NCBI RefSeq assembly: GCF_902459465.1
Contig: NC_047062.1
Span: 30,876,001-30,940,000, forward strand
Length of the DNA: 64,000 bases
Origin: Asterias rubens
Lineage: Eukaryota
Direction: 5' to 3'
A program made the position numbers and the translations under genes. Shown in pieces: positions 13,296 through 27,515 of the stretch; position 1 is the stretch's first letter; the number at the start of each line of letters is the position of its first letter. The notes below the pieces were generated by a model. The model did no database searches. It was given only the letters and a program-made list of their open reading frames with translations, and had not been told where the DNA came from.

Positions 13296-13848
13296 CACCG
13301 CCCGAGTTTCTGAAAACCAATTTTTCAAGATTCTTGCAGTAAACAACTGGAATCGTAATTCAATTTTTAAAAGATAGCTTAATACATAATATGCACAATT
13401 TTTTAACCTTTCGGTAATGTTTGTATAAAAGTACAAGCTCCCATTGGGAACAATAATCGGCTCTCGAATATTTGTTTGTAAAGATTATTTCATTGAAGCT
13501 AATGACGATGAAATAATTTAGCTCATACCAATTAGTAAACACAACGGAAACTGTATTTATTCATCATTAATATTGATATTGTCGAAAACTAACGCCTTCG
13601 CATTTAATTAGTTCGAGCATTGAGTCAGATAAAAGCATTGAAAAGCTATTGTGTCCATTTTATCCTTACAAAAAAATATTCGAGAGCCGATTATTGTTCC
13701 CAATGGGAGCTTGTACTTTTATACAAACATTACCGAAAGGGTAAAAAAATGTGCATAAATATTAAGCTATCTTTTAAAAATTGAACTACGATTCCAGTTG
13801 TTTACTGCAAGAATCTTGAAAAATTGGTTTTCAGAAACTCGGGCGGTG
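13296..13848. repeat. Long inverted repeat / foldback element, ~190-bp arms and ~175-bp spacer (copies 23305..23858, 32882..33436)
   Basis: 13296..~13485 is the near-exact reverse complement of ~13662..13848; no clear TSD. Confidence 0.8.
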
Positions 13849-15395
13849 CTTTTAATGAAACAAACCGTAAAGGAAAAGACGTCTGCATTCAGCCTGGTTC
13901 GATTTAAAAATCTGGGAGACCTACATTTTACAAGGACTGCCAAATTATTATAAGTAATCACAACAAATTGTATAGGCCTACACGTGAATTCTTTTTTAGA
14001 TTGCGAAGCAGCGAAGGGGAATAATGTAAAGGTCATGAACAGGTACTGGACATGAACAGATGCTGACCATTATGAAACAGAGTCTCTGCCAGTAAGGTAT
14101 TCACCCGACCCATATACTTTCACTTATTTTTGTATTTTGGGAGTCATGGCGTACATACACAAAAACGATCTGTTTGATTTTGTACGCACTCCGAGATCCA
14201 CGTAAGGTTATTATTGTGGTTTTAAGGCATATAGGGTCCACAGTCCACACATGCAAGTACAGAGCGTTTGGAATAATAAGGCCAGATACACGACATTGGC
14301 CCCTAAAATGGTCATTGCTTGAAACGGTCCAGGAAGGTTCATTAGGATTATACAAAATTACCAGTAGGACTATACAAGCACAGGAATGTAATTTGGTGTG
14401 CTCTAACTAATTGAATTCCAAGATTAGCTGTTTGTAGCAATTCAACAATAATGTATTGAGGAAACCCACAAAACCTCAATTGATAACATAAAAGACATTC
14501 TCCTTGCCAATGACAATAAAGTAAATACCAACATTCCTGCTGCGCAGCCAATACTAATACAAATGACGCCCTCTTGTGTTGCACCAAACACCTGTGCGGT
14601 GACGTATGGTTTTGATTGGTCCGTAGTGCCGGTATGCAGGTGTCGCGCTTGCGCATTGTCCTTGCCGTGCGTTAAACTCTTTTCTTCGACGAAAAAGTGA
14701 CAAATAAATTGTGTGCATATCTATCAATCATGGACTGCATGGTGGTCGAGTTTGAACTTTACTTTGACTTCACAACGAGACGCATATCACGCCACAGACA
14801 GAGGTGGGGGTGTTTTCACTCTATCTAGTGAGCCTCACCATGTACTAGGTTTTCTTCCTACATGATCTCATGAGAAATGTAGTTAAAACAAATAATAATA
14901 TAGGCCTAAGCCTAATAAAAAACAAAGCAAACGGACTTAAATTAAATAATAGTGTTAGGTTCAGGGGCCCACGTACGCTTTGTTTACGTGACAAACATGA
15001 CAAACATTGTTAATAAAAAATTCGCACCAAGCAAGTTCACAAGGGAATTAACATTTTCACTACTAACTGTTCAAATCATATGCCCGACATTAAGATTATG
15101 TTTGACTTACCCCGACCATAAGTTTTGCAAGGGAGATGAGCTCAGTTTATTCAACCATCTTCAACTCCTCGCACATTTCCACACTTTTTAAATGTCGTGC
15201 GTGGCGAAAAAAACGCCCGCCCTCTGTAGATCTAAAATGGTAAGTGCAATAGTCTGGCGCATCATACAAGTACGTAAAGTACATACATTCTGTTAAGGAA
15301 CCAGACTGTATAGTTGCTATTTATGGCAGTATGTTATTGGTCAATATTAAACACACCCTATTATAAGCGCATAATTTTGACCAATAAAATTAGGT

Positions 15396-15549
15396 TTAAG
15401 AAATCATTTAGGTAAGAGGTAAATGTACATCTCTGCTAACGATTGTGTCGACTGCATGCAATCAATGCATCATTAAGAAATCATTTAGGTAAGAGGTAAA
15501 TGTACATCTCTGCTAACGATTGTGTCGACTGCATGCAATCAATGCATCA
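15396..15549. repeat. 77-bp direct tandem duplication, private to the first S2 spacer
   Basis: Two adjacent copies starting TTAAGAAATCATTTAGG; single copy near 35.0 kb; deleted in the second S2. Confidence 0.9.
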
Positions 15550-16157
15550 CCTTGCAACACGGCCTTCATAATAAATGTCAAAATGTTCAAAACAATAACT
15601 GTTTGCAAGTGTTCCTTCAAGCACAAAAACGAGGCCAAGATCGAAACAAATAATTGTATTGCACAGAGGAATGTTAGGAGATTTGATTAATAAAACCTTT
15701 TTTGAGAGAACAAAAAAACATTAAATGACAACTCTTTACTTGCACCTTTAAAATATTATAGTTATTACTTAATAAACGTGTGTTTATCATTCGTGCATTC
15801 ATGCTAAAAAAACGGCCTCGGCAGAGCCATAAAAACGGAAACATTAATATTCTACATTTTATCAACTGAAAATGTAACTTAATTTTGTTCAACTAAGTTG
15901 GTTGAAGAAGAGTTTTGTATCAGTCACTGACGTCAAATCATTCGGCCGGCCTTTTGGCGGATTTATGCAAAGAGCACATTTTCGAGTACTCATTGCGAGA
16001 GCAGACACGGTAGCAAATTGAGCAGGCTGCAACTGATGTCCGTGTGATAAAACCGCATGATAAATTCACTCAACGAGCACTGAACTTAATTCTTGTGAGC
16101 AGAACATTCTGTGACAAAATATTCCAACTCAAGACACACGCCAAAAACTAAACCATC

Positions 16158-17940
16158 ATGGATCAATTTGAGAGTCTTGGCACGACTTTATCAACAGTTT
16201 TCCAAGGAACAAAGAGTTCTGAGGAGGTTCCAATGGAAGACAACGATGCGTTTGCCAAGTTCATCTTATCTCTCTACTGCACGATCTGCGTGGTTGGTAT
16301 CACAGGTAACTTACTCGTTGCCATCGTACTCCTCCGTGTGCCGTCACTGCGGTCTAACACCAGTGATTTCTTGGTGCATCTCTCCCTTGTAGATTTCATG
16401 GCCTGTGTTCTGGTCATCCCAGCTTATCTTCTGCCTAATACCCACTCTCCTCCAAACCCCGGGTTCTTCGGTGAGTTTTGGTGTCGATTTTACACCAGCG
16501 GTTTCCTGTTTTGGTCCTTCGCGTTGACGTCAATCTTGGGTTTGACTGTTGTCAATTTGGAGCGCTATGTAGCCATCGTCCACCCACACAAATACAAGAC
16601 CATTTTCATCAAACGGAACAAATACATCATGATTGCTGCGTGTTGGGGTTGTTCCACACTTTCAAAATCTTACAATTGGTTTATATTTGAAGAAGATGAA
16701 GTAGTGGGATGTCATTTTAAAGGCTGGTCTAACAGAGGAGCTCAGGCGGCATTTGGCTTGTTCACTTTTACGGTCCAATTCTTCGCTCCGTTCACAGTGA
16801 TGATTTTTGCGCAGCTGAAAGTTATCTCGACGCTGAACAGACAAGTGAAGATGTTAGCTACTCGAACAGGTTAGTTAATCAGTCTTTACATATCTCAAGA
16901 TTGACGAGCAATTTAATGTATCAATATTTTCCATTCTTCAATGGACTCAGTGCATACAATTTGTTTTTCTTTTTTGGGTATTCAGCAAATATCGTGTTAT
17001 GCATCATACATTGATACGATTTAGTTGTGGCTTACACCTACTCGTGTAATAGGCACCTTTATAAAGCCGGCACCTTTAGAGAAGGCCAGGGTATACGTTT
17101 CCGTTCGTGCCATTGATGACCCGGCGAAAACTTTCGGCACTCGACCGCGATCCAACCGGTGGTTTAATAAATAATTTTAATTTTAATTTTTTTATTTTAT
17201 AATAACCGTTATAAGAAAATGCATTGAAGCGATTAAACTATTTTTGACGACACACTGCTCAAACGAAAAAAAATCAAATTTGTACACTAATTTCGGCCTT
17301 AACATTTACATCGGTGTTATTTCAATACCATTGTGGTGACTACTTTGATTCTTAATGATGTGACAACACCATTTGTGTAAATTGTAGCCGTCCAAGTTGA
17401 TGGTGTAGACTGACTGTGAGGCAATGATCTAAAGTATTTCGTTGCATTTTAGCGCTTCTGGACACAGTTGCGATGATCTTGAACGGCTTAGTACCGTACA
17501 ACACACATTTGAAGATTTAACGGTGGTTGACTCGCACCTTATGTTTTATTTTGTGTCGACTGCATTCTCTTGCAGCCTCTTTGGGAGTAAATCCAATCAA
17601 CCAGGATAAAATGTGGCAGCTCCGAGCCTCCCAAACCCTGGTGAAGACACTCCTGGCATGCGTCATCACATTCGGTGTGTGCTGGATTCCAAACCAAGTC
17701 TGGTTCCTGCTCTTCAACTTCGGTGTTCCATTAAATCTAGGTGGACCTGATCGCCATCTCACTGTCATCTTAGCCGTGGGTAATTCCTGTGTGAATCCAG
17801 TCATTTACACAATGACCAACAAGCCGTTCCGTAAAGGGATCAGGGAGCTGTTTTGTAAGCAGCGGGATTCGAACCAGGTGACTGACGGTGTAGCGACTGG
17901 CACTGTGTCTCAGACCGTCTCCAATACCCAAGAACAATAG
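16158..17940 (+). CDS. Class A GPCR copy 5 (A type); exons 16158..16869 and 17576..17940, 358 aa
   Basis: 7TM motifs intact; canonical GT-AG phase-1 intron. Confidence 0.9.
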
Positions 17941-19195
17941 GCGAGAAGAAGGTCACGATGGGGCCAACCATGCGAGGGGTATCGGGACAATGAGCATTTC
18001 ACGAAATCACGGCAGCAACCCACTTTATGATTTTGTGTTTTGCACAACTGTTTATACTGCATAATCATTGTGTATGTCGTGGATACTTTCGTAATGAACA
18101 GTTTCGATGAACTTGCTGAACAACTAAAGAAAACACGCGAATAAGACAAAAACCACGGATTGCGCTCCGTTTACGCAAAAACCCAAATGATCACGGTAAT
18201 AAGACATCTTGTAAGCGAATGCTCAGATAAACAAACGTTTTTTATCACAATTATAGCACAACACGAGGTCAATGTCAAAACAAATTATTGTATTGTTAAG
18301 AGGTACATGGTTCAAGGGAGTTTTGATTAAAGACACCGGACACTGTTGGTAATTGTCAAAGACCAGTCTTCTCACTTGGTGTCTCTCAACACTATGCATA
18401 AAATAACAAACCTGTGAAAATTTGAGCTCAATATTGGTCGTCGAAGTTGCGAGATAATAATGAAAGACAAAACACCCTTGTCACACGATGGTGTGTGCTT
18501 TCAGATTGAGTTAGAGAGCTCAAAATCTAATTCCGAGTTCTCGAAATCAAATTTGTTGAAAATTACTTCTGTCTCGAAAACTACGTCACTTCAGAGGGAG
18601 CAGTTTCTCACAATGTTTTATAAATTCAACCTTTCCCAAGGATTGTTGCTTATATACTTATTATTTTGAGTAATTGCCAATAGTGTCCACTGCCTTTAAA
18701 ACCTTTTGTGCGAGAACAAAAAACATTCCATGACAATATAACTCCCTTTTTCTTCTTCTGTTTTTCTTATATAAAAGATTATTAAGTTTTTACTACATAA
18801 ATTTGTGTACAATAGTCGTGCACTCATGCTAAAAATCCCCCGGCCCCGAAAGAGCCATAAAAACCGCACGATTTATACTTAATAATGATATCAACTGTAA
18901 AGGTAACTTAACATCTCACTTTGGTTTTCAACTGAGTTGGTTGACGAAGAATTTCTATATCAGTCACTGACGTCAAATTATTCCACCGGCCTCTTGGCGG
19001 ACGGATGCAAAGAGTGCAAATTTTCATATTTTGTTTTCATAGCAGGAGCAAAAAAGGCTGCAACTGAAAATTTCGTATGATAACGCATGAACTCATTTAA
19101 TGAGTAGAGCTGAAAAATACCATACAGAATTCTTGTGAGAAGAAATTCCGTGACAAATATTTCAACTCAAGACACAAGCCATAAACTAAACCATC

Positions 19196-21297
19196 ATGGA
19201 TCGATTTGAGAGTCTTCGCACGACTTTACCAACAGTTTTCCAAGAAGCCAACAGTGACGAGGATGTTGCAACGAAAGAAAGCGATGCGTTCACCAAGTTC
19301 GTCACATCTCTCTACTGCATAATCTGCGTGGTTGGTATCACTGGTAACTTACTGGTTGCCATCGTACTCCTCCGTGTGCCGTCACTGAGGTCTAATACCA
19401 GTGATTTCTTAGTGCATCTCTCCCTTGTAGATTTCATGGCCTGTGTTATGGTCATCCCAGCTTATCTTCTGCCTAATACCCACTCTCCTCCAAACCCCGG
19501 GTTCTTCGGTGAGTTTTGGTGTCGATTTTACACCAGCGGTTTCCTGTTTTGGTTCTTCACGATGACGTCAGTCTTGGGTTTGACTGTTGTCAATTTGGAG
19601 CGCTATGTAGCCATCGTCCACCCACACAAATACAAGACTCTTTTCATCAAACGAAACAGATACATCATGATTGCTGCGTGTTGGGCTTCGGCTGCAGTTT
19701 TAGATTCGTCTTCCTTTTTAACGCATGAAGAAGATGAAGTAGTGGGATGTCATTTTAAAGGCTGGTCCAACAGAGGAGCTCAGGCGACACTTGGCTTGTT
19801 TTCTTTCACCGGCAAGTTCTTTGTTCCATTCGCTGCGATGATTCTTGCTCAACTGAAAGTCATCTCTACGCTGAGCAGACAAGTGAAGATGCTAACTGCT
19901 CGAACAGGTTAGTTAGAAAGTTATTATTTCACATTAACGAGAGCAAGAAAGTATCAACTGTTTTATTTTTCAAAGGACTCGGTGCATACCATTTGTTTTT
20001 CTTTTCTGATTTTTTTTAATTTAAACTAGTTAATTATATTAGAGTAACTTTAATAGGGAATAAATTGACAATTCGTTTTCCCCTACTTTGACTTGAGCTA
20101 TAGGCGTATTGGAATAAATGCAAAGCCACATCAATATTAAGAGATACACGTTTTAGCCTCTAAGCCCATAGACCAATACCAATGCGCAAGCGCAGACTGT
20201 TGAATGAGGTGCATTGTGGGATATATATGGATCAAATTTGGACACCAGCTAGACCACAATGCACCTAATTCCAAGCTTTACGCGCGCGCCCCGGTAATTG
20301 CGAAAAGGTCTATGACCCAATGAAAACTGCTAGCACTCGACCCCGATCCAACCCCAGATCGTCTGCAGATTGAAGGAACACGTTGCCTTGGATCGGTCGA
20401 GTTGGTCTTTGAAAAGCGTTCTGTAAACCGTTTGTTCTAAAATCGATATAGTTAGAAAGATGTTGTAAAAGTAGAATACAATGATCTACACAAATATGCC
20501 TCGAAATCGCGTGGTTTTCTTTTCACCTCGTCGACTAACACGGTAATTTTCAGTGATACTTGTGTGAATCATTATTTTCTACTTTTAAAACATCTTTCTA
20601 ACCATATGCATTTCATAACAAACGGTTTCAAACGCTTTTTATACACCAACTCGTCCGATACAAGGCAACGTGTTCCTTTAAAGCAAAATCAGTTTGTTTT
20701 TGTTACAATTACCTTATAGGGTAATTTCATTGAATCAATGCTGACAATTATGGAATTTTTGTTATGATAGACCGACTGTGGGGCATGCAGATACAAAAAT
20801 TTGATGATCCCTCCGATTTTAGTTCGACTGATCATGCCGTATCAATATGGGTACCACGAAAACATGTAGATTTACCTCTTCTTAAGATCGAACCTAACGC
20901 GTTAGTTTGTATCGACTTTGCCTTTTCTACAGCCTCTATGGGAGTCAATCCAAGAGACCAGCGTGAAATGTGGCAGCTCCGAGCCTCCCAAACCCTGGTG
21001 AAGACACTCCTGGCCTGCGTCATCACATTCGGTGTGTGCTGGACTCAAAACCAAGTCTGGTTCCTGCTCTTCAATATTGGAGTTCATGTGACTCTAGGTG
21101 ATCCTATCCACCGTCTCACAGTCATCTTAGCCGTTGGTAATTCCTGTGTGAATCCAGTCATTTACACAATGACCAACAAGCCGTTCCGTAAAGGGATCAG
21201 GGAGCTGTTTTGTAAGCAGCGGGATTCGAACCAGGTGGCTGACGGTGTAGCGACTGGCACTGTGTCTGAGACCGTCTCCAATGCCCAAGAACAATAG
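19196..21297 (+). CDS. Class A GPCR copy 6 (B type); exons 19196..19907 and 20933..21297, 358 aa; TM6 Pro to Gln
   Basis: 7TM motifs; CWTQ (codon CAA 21046-21048) replaces CWTP. Confidence 0.85.
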
Positions 21298-24200
21298 GAG
21301 AGAAGAAGATCACGTTGGGAAACAAACAATAGAAAGTTGGAAAGTGGAAGTAATTTTACCTAGATGTGAACTTTCATCCTTTAGTAATTACACAGATTTT
21401 CAGCAAACAATTTTTGTTATTATTACGGAACGTTCGCGGTAGCCGGATGTCAATTTTGTAAGTACGTTGAATGAAATGAAGTAAATATCATGGCATTGCA
21501 CCGAAGTTTAAAGCAGTGTCACATTATTCAAGAATAGAGCATTGAGGGCGTTTCCGAGCAGCCGATTATGTGTGTTTTTTTTAAGAAAAGGGGGCATTTA
21601 TACATGGTGGTATTGTAAAAAATAATATCCTTTACGTTGCAACAGATTAACATTGTTTAAAGCCATTGGACCCTTTCGGTAAACAGTGTTGTCCAAGGCC
21701 CACACTTTGTGTACCACAACTTCTATTTCAAATAACAAACCTGTGAAAATTTAGGCCTAATCGGTCATCGGAGTCGGGAGAAAACAACGGAAAATCCCAC
21801 CCTTGTTTCCGCGCGTTTCGCCGTGTCATGACATGTGTTTAAAATAAATCCGTAATTCTGGTTAACGAGAATTTATATTGTTTTGCGGTTTTCTCAAAAG
21901 TAAAGCATTTCATGGAATAATATTTAAGAGAAGTCTTTCACCATTGCCTTCTGTAAACCCTGTAAGTTATTTGTAAATCTGTGAACTTTTTTCTTTTTTT
22001 TCTGAACCGAAAGGGTCCAATGGCTTTAATGCACCATGTTACATCCAGTTTAAGTTTAAGATAAAGTGCAAGTTTGTATTTAACATAAAACAATTGCCAA
22101 CATTACAAAACGTCGATCACCTCATACATATTTCATACTGCAAGGTATGACCAAAAATTGTGTAATATAACAGTAAAAAATGTATCCAACAACAACACCG
22201 CCATTTTAAAACCAGTCTAAAATAAGAGGACCTGCGTTTGAGGGGAAGTATCAATTTGTTGTTAATTTAATGGTTTGTGTCTGTTAACTATTTCAAAATA
22301 ATGTTTTTAATTGAATTTTAAAACAGCTGACATCCTGTTTCCACTAAGCACATTACAACGAACAAAAAAAAAATAATATTGATGTTGCTGGGAAAACAGA
22401 AACAATTCGTTTTTCAAAATTTCTTGCACGATCATTATGCTCATTATTATTTTCCGATGCAGCAATTGAGTTGGATTTGCATGCAACGGTGTAAGTAAAT
22501 CGCTCAATGTATAATTAACAAGTGTAAATCACAAATACAGGTGGTTAGCTACGTACACGAAGAGTGCCTATACGTACGCGAACACGGCTAAAATACCTGA
22601 GAAACTGTGAAACACACTTGACCCCGCTTTTGTTTTCGCAGGTTCTTCATTTTACGGTAAGCAGAACCGTTAAAAAGTAGCCCTGTTGTGAACTCATCGG
22701 ACGTTATTACTAAAATGAACATTACAGGGTGTTAAGGCTAACAAACAGTTGCTGACAGTGTGAGCACTTGATATAATCCACCATTAATATACATAAACTG
22801 ACGTTTGATATTGGGTCGGTAGAAATTGGATCAGCCATCTGATGGGTCACTAGAAAATAGTGAAAACCGATTACACATTATTATTTTGCGTTACATCGAC
22901 TTAAACAAAATGAATAAAACGCTCACAGAGCGATAAACTCCAAACGGGAAATTGGTTTTGTTTTGTTCCTCAACAAACAATGACATTTCAGACAGAAATA
23001 TTGCAAGTGATGTTTTCTACTATCATCATCATTAGACCGTGTAAGTTTTATGTAAATCTGTAACATTTTTTTCTCCGTAAAGTTCCTTAATTGATTGTAG
23101 GTAGGGTGTTGTGAAACGCTTTTGCATCCGTTTCTTTTTATTCAAATCGATCAGTTGCCTTGTCGATTAGGAAATAAATTAATATAAGTAAAGAGTCAAT
23201 GGTGACCTTTGTATCATTCGAAGAGAGTTGAAGGAAGAATACACAGAGTACGTTACTGCTCTGTTCTTTCTTATCAATCACTTAACCCTCTAGTCCCTGC
23301 ATGCCACCGCCCGAGTTTCTGAAAACCAATTTTTCAAGATTCTTGCAGTAAACAACTGGAATCGTAATTCAATTTTTAAAAGATAGCTTAATACATAATA
23401 TGCACAATTTTTTAACCTTTCGGTAATGTTTGTATAAAAGTACAAGCTCCCATTGGGAACAATAATCGGCTCTCGAATATTTGTTTGTAAAGATTATTTC
23501 ATTGAAGCTAATGACGATGAAATAATTTAGCTCATACCAATTAGTAAACACAACGGAAACTGTATTTATTCATCATTAATATTGATATTGTCGAAAACTA
23601 ACGCCTTCGCATTTAATTAGTTCGAGCATTGAGTCAGATAAAAGCCTTGAAAAGCTATTGTGTCCATTTTATCCTTACAAAAAAATATTCGAGAGCCGAT
23701 TATTGTTCCCAATGGGAGCTTGTACTTTTATACAAACATTACCGAAAGGGTAAAAAAAATGTGCATAAATATTAAGCTATCTTTTAAAAATTGAACTACG
23801 ATTCCAGTTGTTTACTGCAAGAATCTTGAAAAATTGGTTTTCAGAAACTCGGGCGGTGCTTTTAATGAAACAAACCGTAAAGGAAAAGACGTCTGCATTC
23901 AGCCTGGTTCGATTTAAAAATCTGGGAGACCTACATTTTACAAGGACTGCCAAATTATTATAAGTAATCACAACAAATTGTATAGGCCTACACGTGAATT
24001 CTTTTTTAGATTGCGAAGCAGCGAAGGGGAATAATGTAAAGGTCATGAACAGGTACTGGACATGAACAGATGCTGACCATTATGAAACAGAGTCTCTGCC
24101 AGTAAGGTATTCACCCGACCCATATACTTTCACTTATTTTGTATTTTGGGAGTCATGGCGTACATACACAAAAACGATCTGTTTGATTTTGTACGCACTC

Positions 24201-25745
24201 CGAGATCCACGTAAGGTTATTATTGTGGTTTTAAGGCATATAGGGTCCACAGTCCACACATGCAAGTACAGAGCGTTTGGAATAATAAGGCCAGATACAC
24301 GACATTGGCCCCTAAAATGGTCATTGCTTGAAACGGTCCAGGAAGGTTCATTAGGATTATACAAAATTACCAGTAGGACTATACAAGCACAGGAATGTAA
24401 TTTGGTGTGCTCTAACTAATTGAATTCCAAGATTAGCTGTTTGTAGCAATTCAACAATAATGTATTGAGGAAACCCACAAAACCTCAATATTGATAACAT
24501 AAAAGACATTCTCCTTGCCAATGACAATAAAGTAAATACCAACATTCCTGCTGCGCAGCCAATACTAATACAAATGACGCCCTCTTGTGTTGCGCCAAAC
24601 ACCTGTGCGGTGACGTATGGTTTTGATTGGTCCGTAGTGCCGGTATGCAGGTGTCGCGCTTGCGCATTGTCCTTGCCGTGCGTGAAACTCTTTTCTTCGA
24701 CGAAAAAGTGACAAATAAATTGTGTGTGTGCTTTTTCGCTTGTTTGTGCATATCTATCAATCATGGACTGCATGGTGGTCGAGTTTGAACTTTACTTTGA
24801 CTTCACAACGAGACGCATATCACGCCACAGACAGAGGTGGGGGTGTTTTCACTCTATCTAGTGAGCCTCACCATGTACTAGGTTTTCTTCCTACATGATC
24901 TCATGAGAAATGTAGTTAAAACAAATAATAATATAGGCCTAAGCCTAATAAAAAACAAAGCAAACGGACTTAAATTAAATAATAGTGTTAGGTTCAGGGG
25001 CCCACGTACGCTTTGTTTACGTGACAAACATGACAAACATTGTTAATAAAAAATTCGCACCAAGCAAGTTCACAAGGGAATTAACATTTTCACAACTAAC
25101 TGTTCAAATCATATGCCCGACATTAAGATTATGTTTGACTTACCCCGACCATAAGTTTTGCAAGGGAGATGAGCTCAGTTTATTCAACCATCTTCAACTC
25201 CTCGCACATTTCCACACTTTTTAAATGTCGTGCGTGGCGAAAAAAACGCCCGCCCTCTGTAGATCTCAAATGATTAATAAAACTTTTTTTGAGAGAACAA
25301 AAAAACATTAAATGACAACTCTTTACTTGCACCTTTAAAATATTATAGTTATTACTTAATAAACGTGTGTTTATCATTCGTGCATTCATGCTAAAAAAAA
25401 CGGCCTCGGCAGAGCCATAAAAACGGAAACATTAATATTCTACATTTTATCAACTGAAAATGTAACTTAATTTTGTTCAACTAAGTTGGTTGAAGAAGAG
25501 TTTTGTATCAGTCACTGACGTCAAATCATTCGGCCGGCCTTTTGGCGGATTTATGCAAAGAGCACATTTTCGAGTACTCATTGCGAGAGCAGACACGGTA
25601 GCAAATTGAGCAGGTTGCAACTGATGTCCGTGTGATAAAACCGCATGATAAATTCACTCAACGAGCACTGAACTTAATTCTTGTGAGCAGAACATTCTGT
25701 GACAAAATATTCCAACTCAAGACACACGCCAAAAACTAAACCATC

Positions 25746-27515
25746 ATGGATCAATTTGAGAGTCTTGGCACGACTTTATCAACAGTTTTCCAAGGAACAA
25801 AGAGTTCTGAGGAGGTTCCAATGGAAGACAACGATGCGTTTGCCAAGTTCATCTTATCTCTCTACTGCACGATCTGCGTGGTTGGTATCACAGGTAACTT
25901 ACTCGTTGCCATCGTACTCCTCCGTGTGCCGTCACTGCGGTCTAACACCAGTGATTTCTTGGTGCATCTCTCCCTTGTAGATTTCATGGCCTGTGTTCTG
26001 GTCATCCCAGCTTATCTTCTGCCTAATACCCACTCTCCTCCAAACCCCGGGTTCTTCGGTGAGTTTTGGTGTCGATTTTACACCAGCGGTTTCCTGTTTT
26101 GGTCCTTCGCGTTGACGTCAATCTTGGGTTTGACTGTTGTCAATTTGGAGCGCTATGTAGCCATCGTCCACCCACACAAATACAAGACCATTTTCATCAA
26201 ACGGAACAAATACATCATGATTGCTGCGTGTTGGGGTTGTTCCACACTTTCAAAATCTTACAATTGGTTTATATTTGAAGAAGATGAAGTAGTGGGATGT
26301 CATTTTAAAGGCTGGTCTAACAGAGGAGCTCAGGCGGCATTTGGCTTGTTCACTTTTACGGTCCAATTCTTCGCTCCGTTCACAGTGATGATTTTTGCGC
26401 AGCTGAAAGTTATCTCGACGCTGAACAGACAAGTGAAGATGTTAGCTACTCGAACAGGTTAGTTAATCAGTCTTTACATAAAATTATCTCAAGATTTACG
26501 AGAAATTTAATGTATCAATATTTTCCATTCTTTAATGGACTCAGTGCATACAATTTGTTTTTCTTTTTTGGGTATTCAGCAAATATCGTGTTATGCATCA
26601 TACATTGATACGATTTAGTTGTGGCTTACACCTACTCGTGTAATAGGCACCTTTATAAAGCCGGCACCTTTAGAGAAGGCCAGGGTATACGTTTCCGTTC
26701 GTGCCATTGATGACCCGGCGAAAACTTTCGGCACTCGACCGCGATCCAACCGGTGGTTTAATAAATAATTTTAATTTTAATTTTTTTATTTTATAATAAC
26801 CGTTATAAGAAATTGCATTGAAGCGATTAAACTATTTTTGACGACACACTGCTCAAACGAAAAAAAATCGGCCTTAACATTTACATCGGTGTTATTTCAA
26901 TACCATTGTGGTGACTACTTTGATTCTTAATGATGTGACAACACCATTTGTGTAAATTGTAGCCCCTCAAGTTGATGGTGTAGACTGACTGTGAGGCAAT
27001 GATCTAAAGTATTTCGTTGCATTTTAGCGCTTCTGGACACAGTTGCGATGATCTTGAACGGCTTAGTACCGTACAACACACATTTGAAGATTTAACGGTG
27101 GTTGACTCGCACCTTATGTTTTATTTTGTGTCGACTGCATTCTCTTGCAGCCTCTTTGGGAGTAAATCCAATCAACCAGGGTAAAATGTGGCAGCTCCGA
27201 GCCTCCCAAACCCTGGTGAAGACACTCCTGGCCTGCGTCATCACATTCGGTGTGTGCTGGACTCCAAACCAAGTCTGGTTCCTGCTCTTCAACTTCGGTG
27301 TTCCATTAAATCTAGGTGGACCTGATCGCCATCTCACTGTCATCTTAGCCGTTGGTAATTCCTGTGTGAATCCAGTCATTTACACAATGACCAACAAGCC
27401 GTTCCGTAAAGGGATCAGGGAGCTGTTTTGTAAGCAGCGGGATTCGAACCAGGTGACTGACGGTGTAGCGACTGGCACTGTGTCTCAGACCGTCTCCAAT
27501 ACCCAAGAACAATAG
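25746..27515 (+). CDS. Class A GPCR copy 7 (A type); exons 25746..26457 and 27151..27515, 358 aa
   Basis: 7TM motifs intact; canonical splice sites; exon-1 protein identical to copy 5. Confidence 0.9.
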
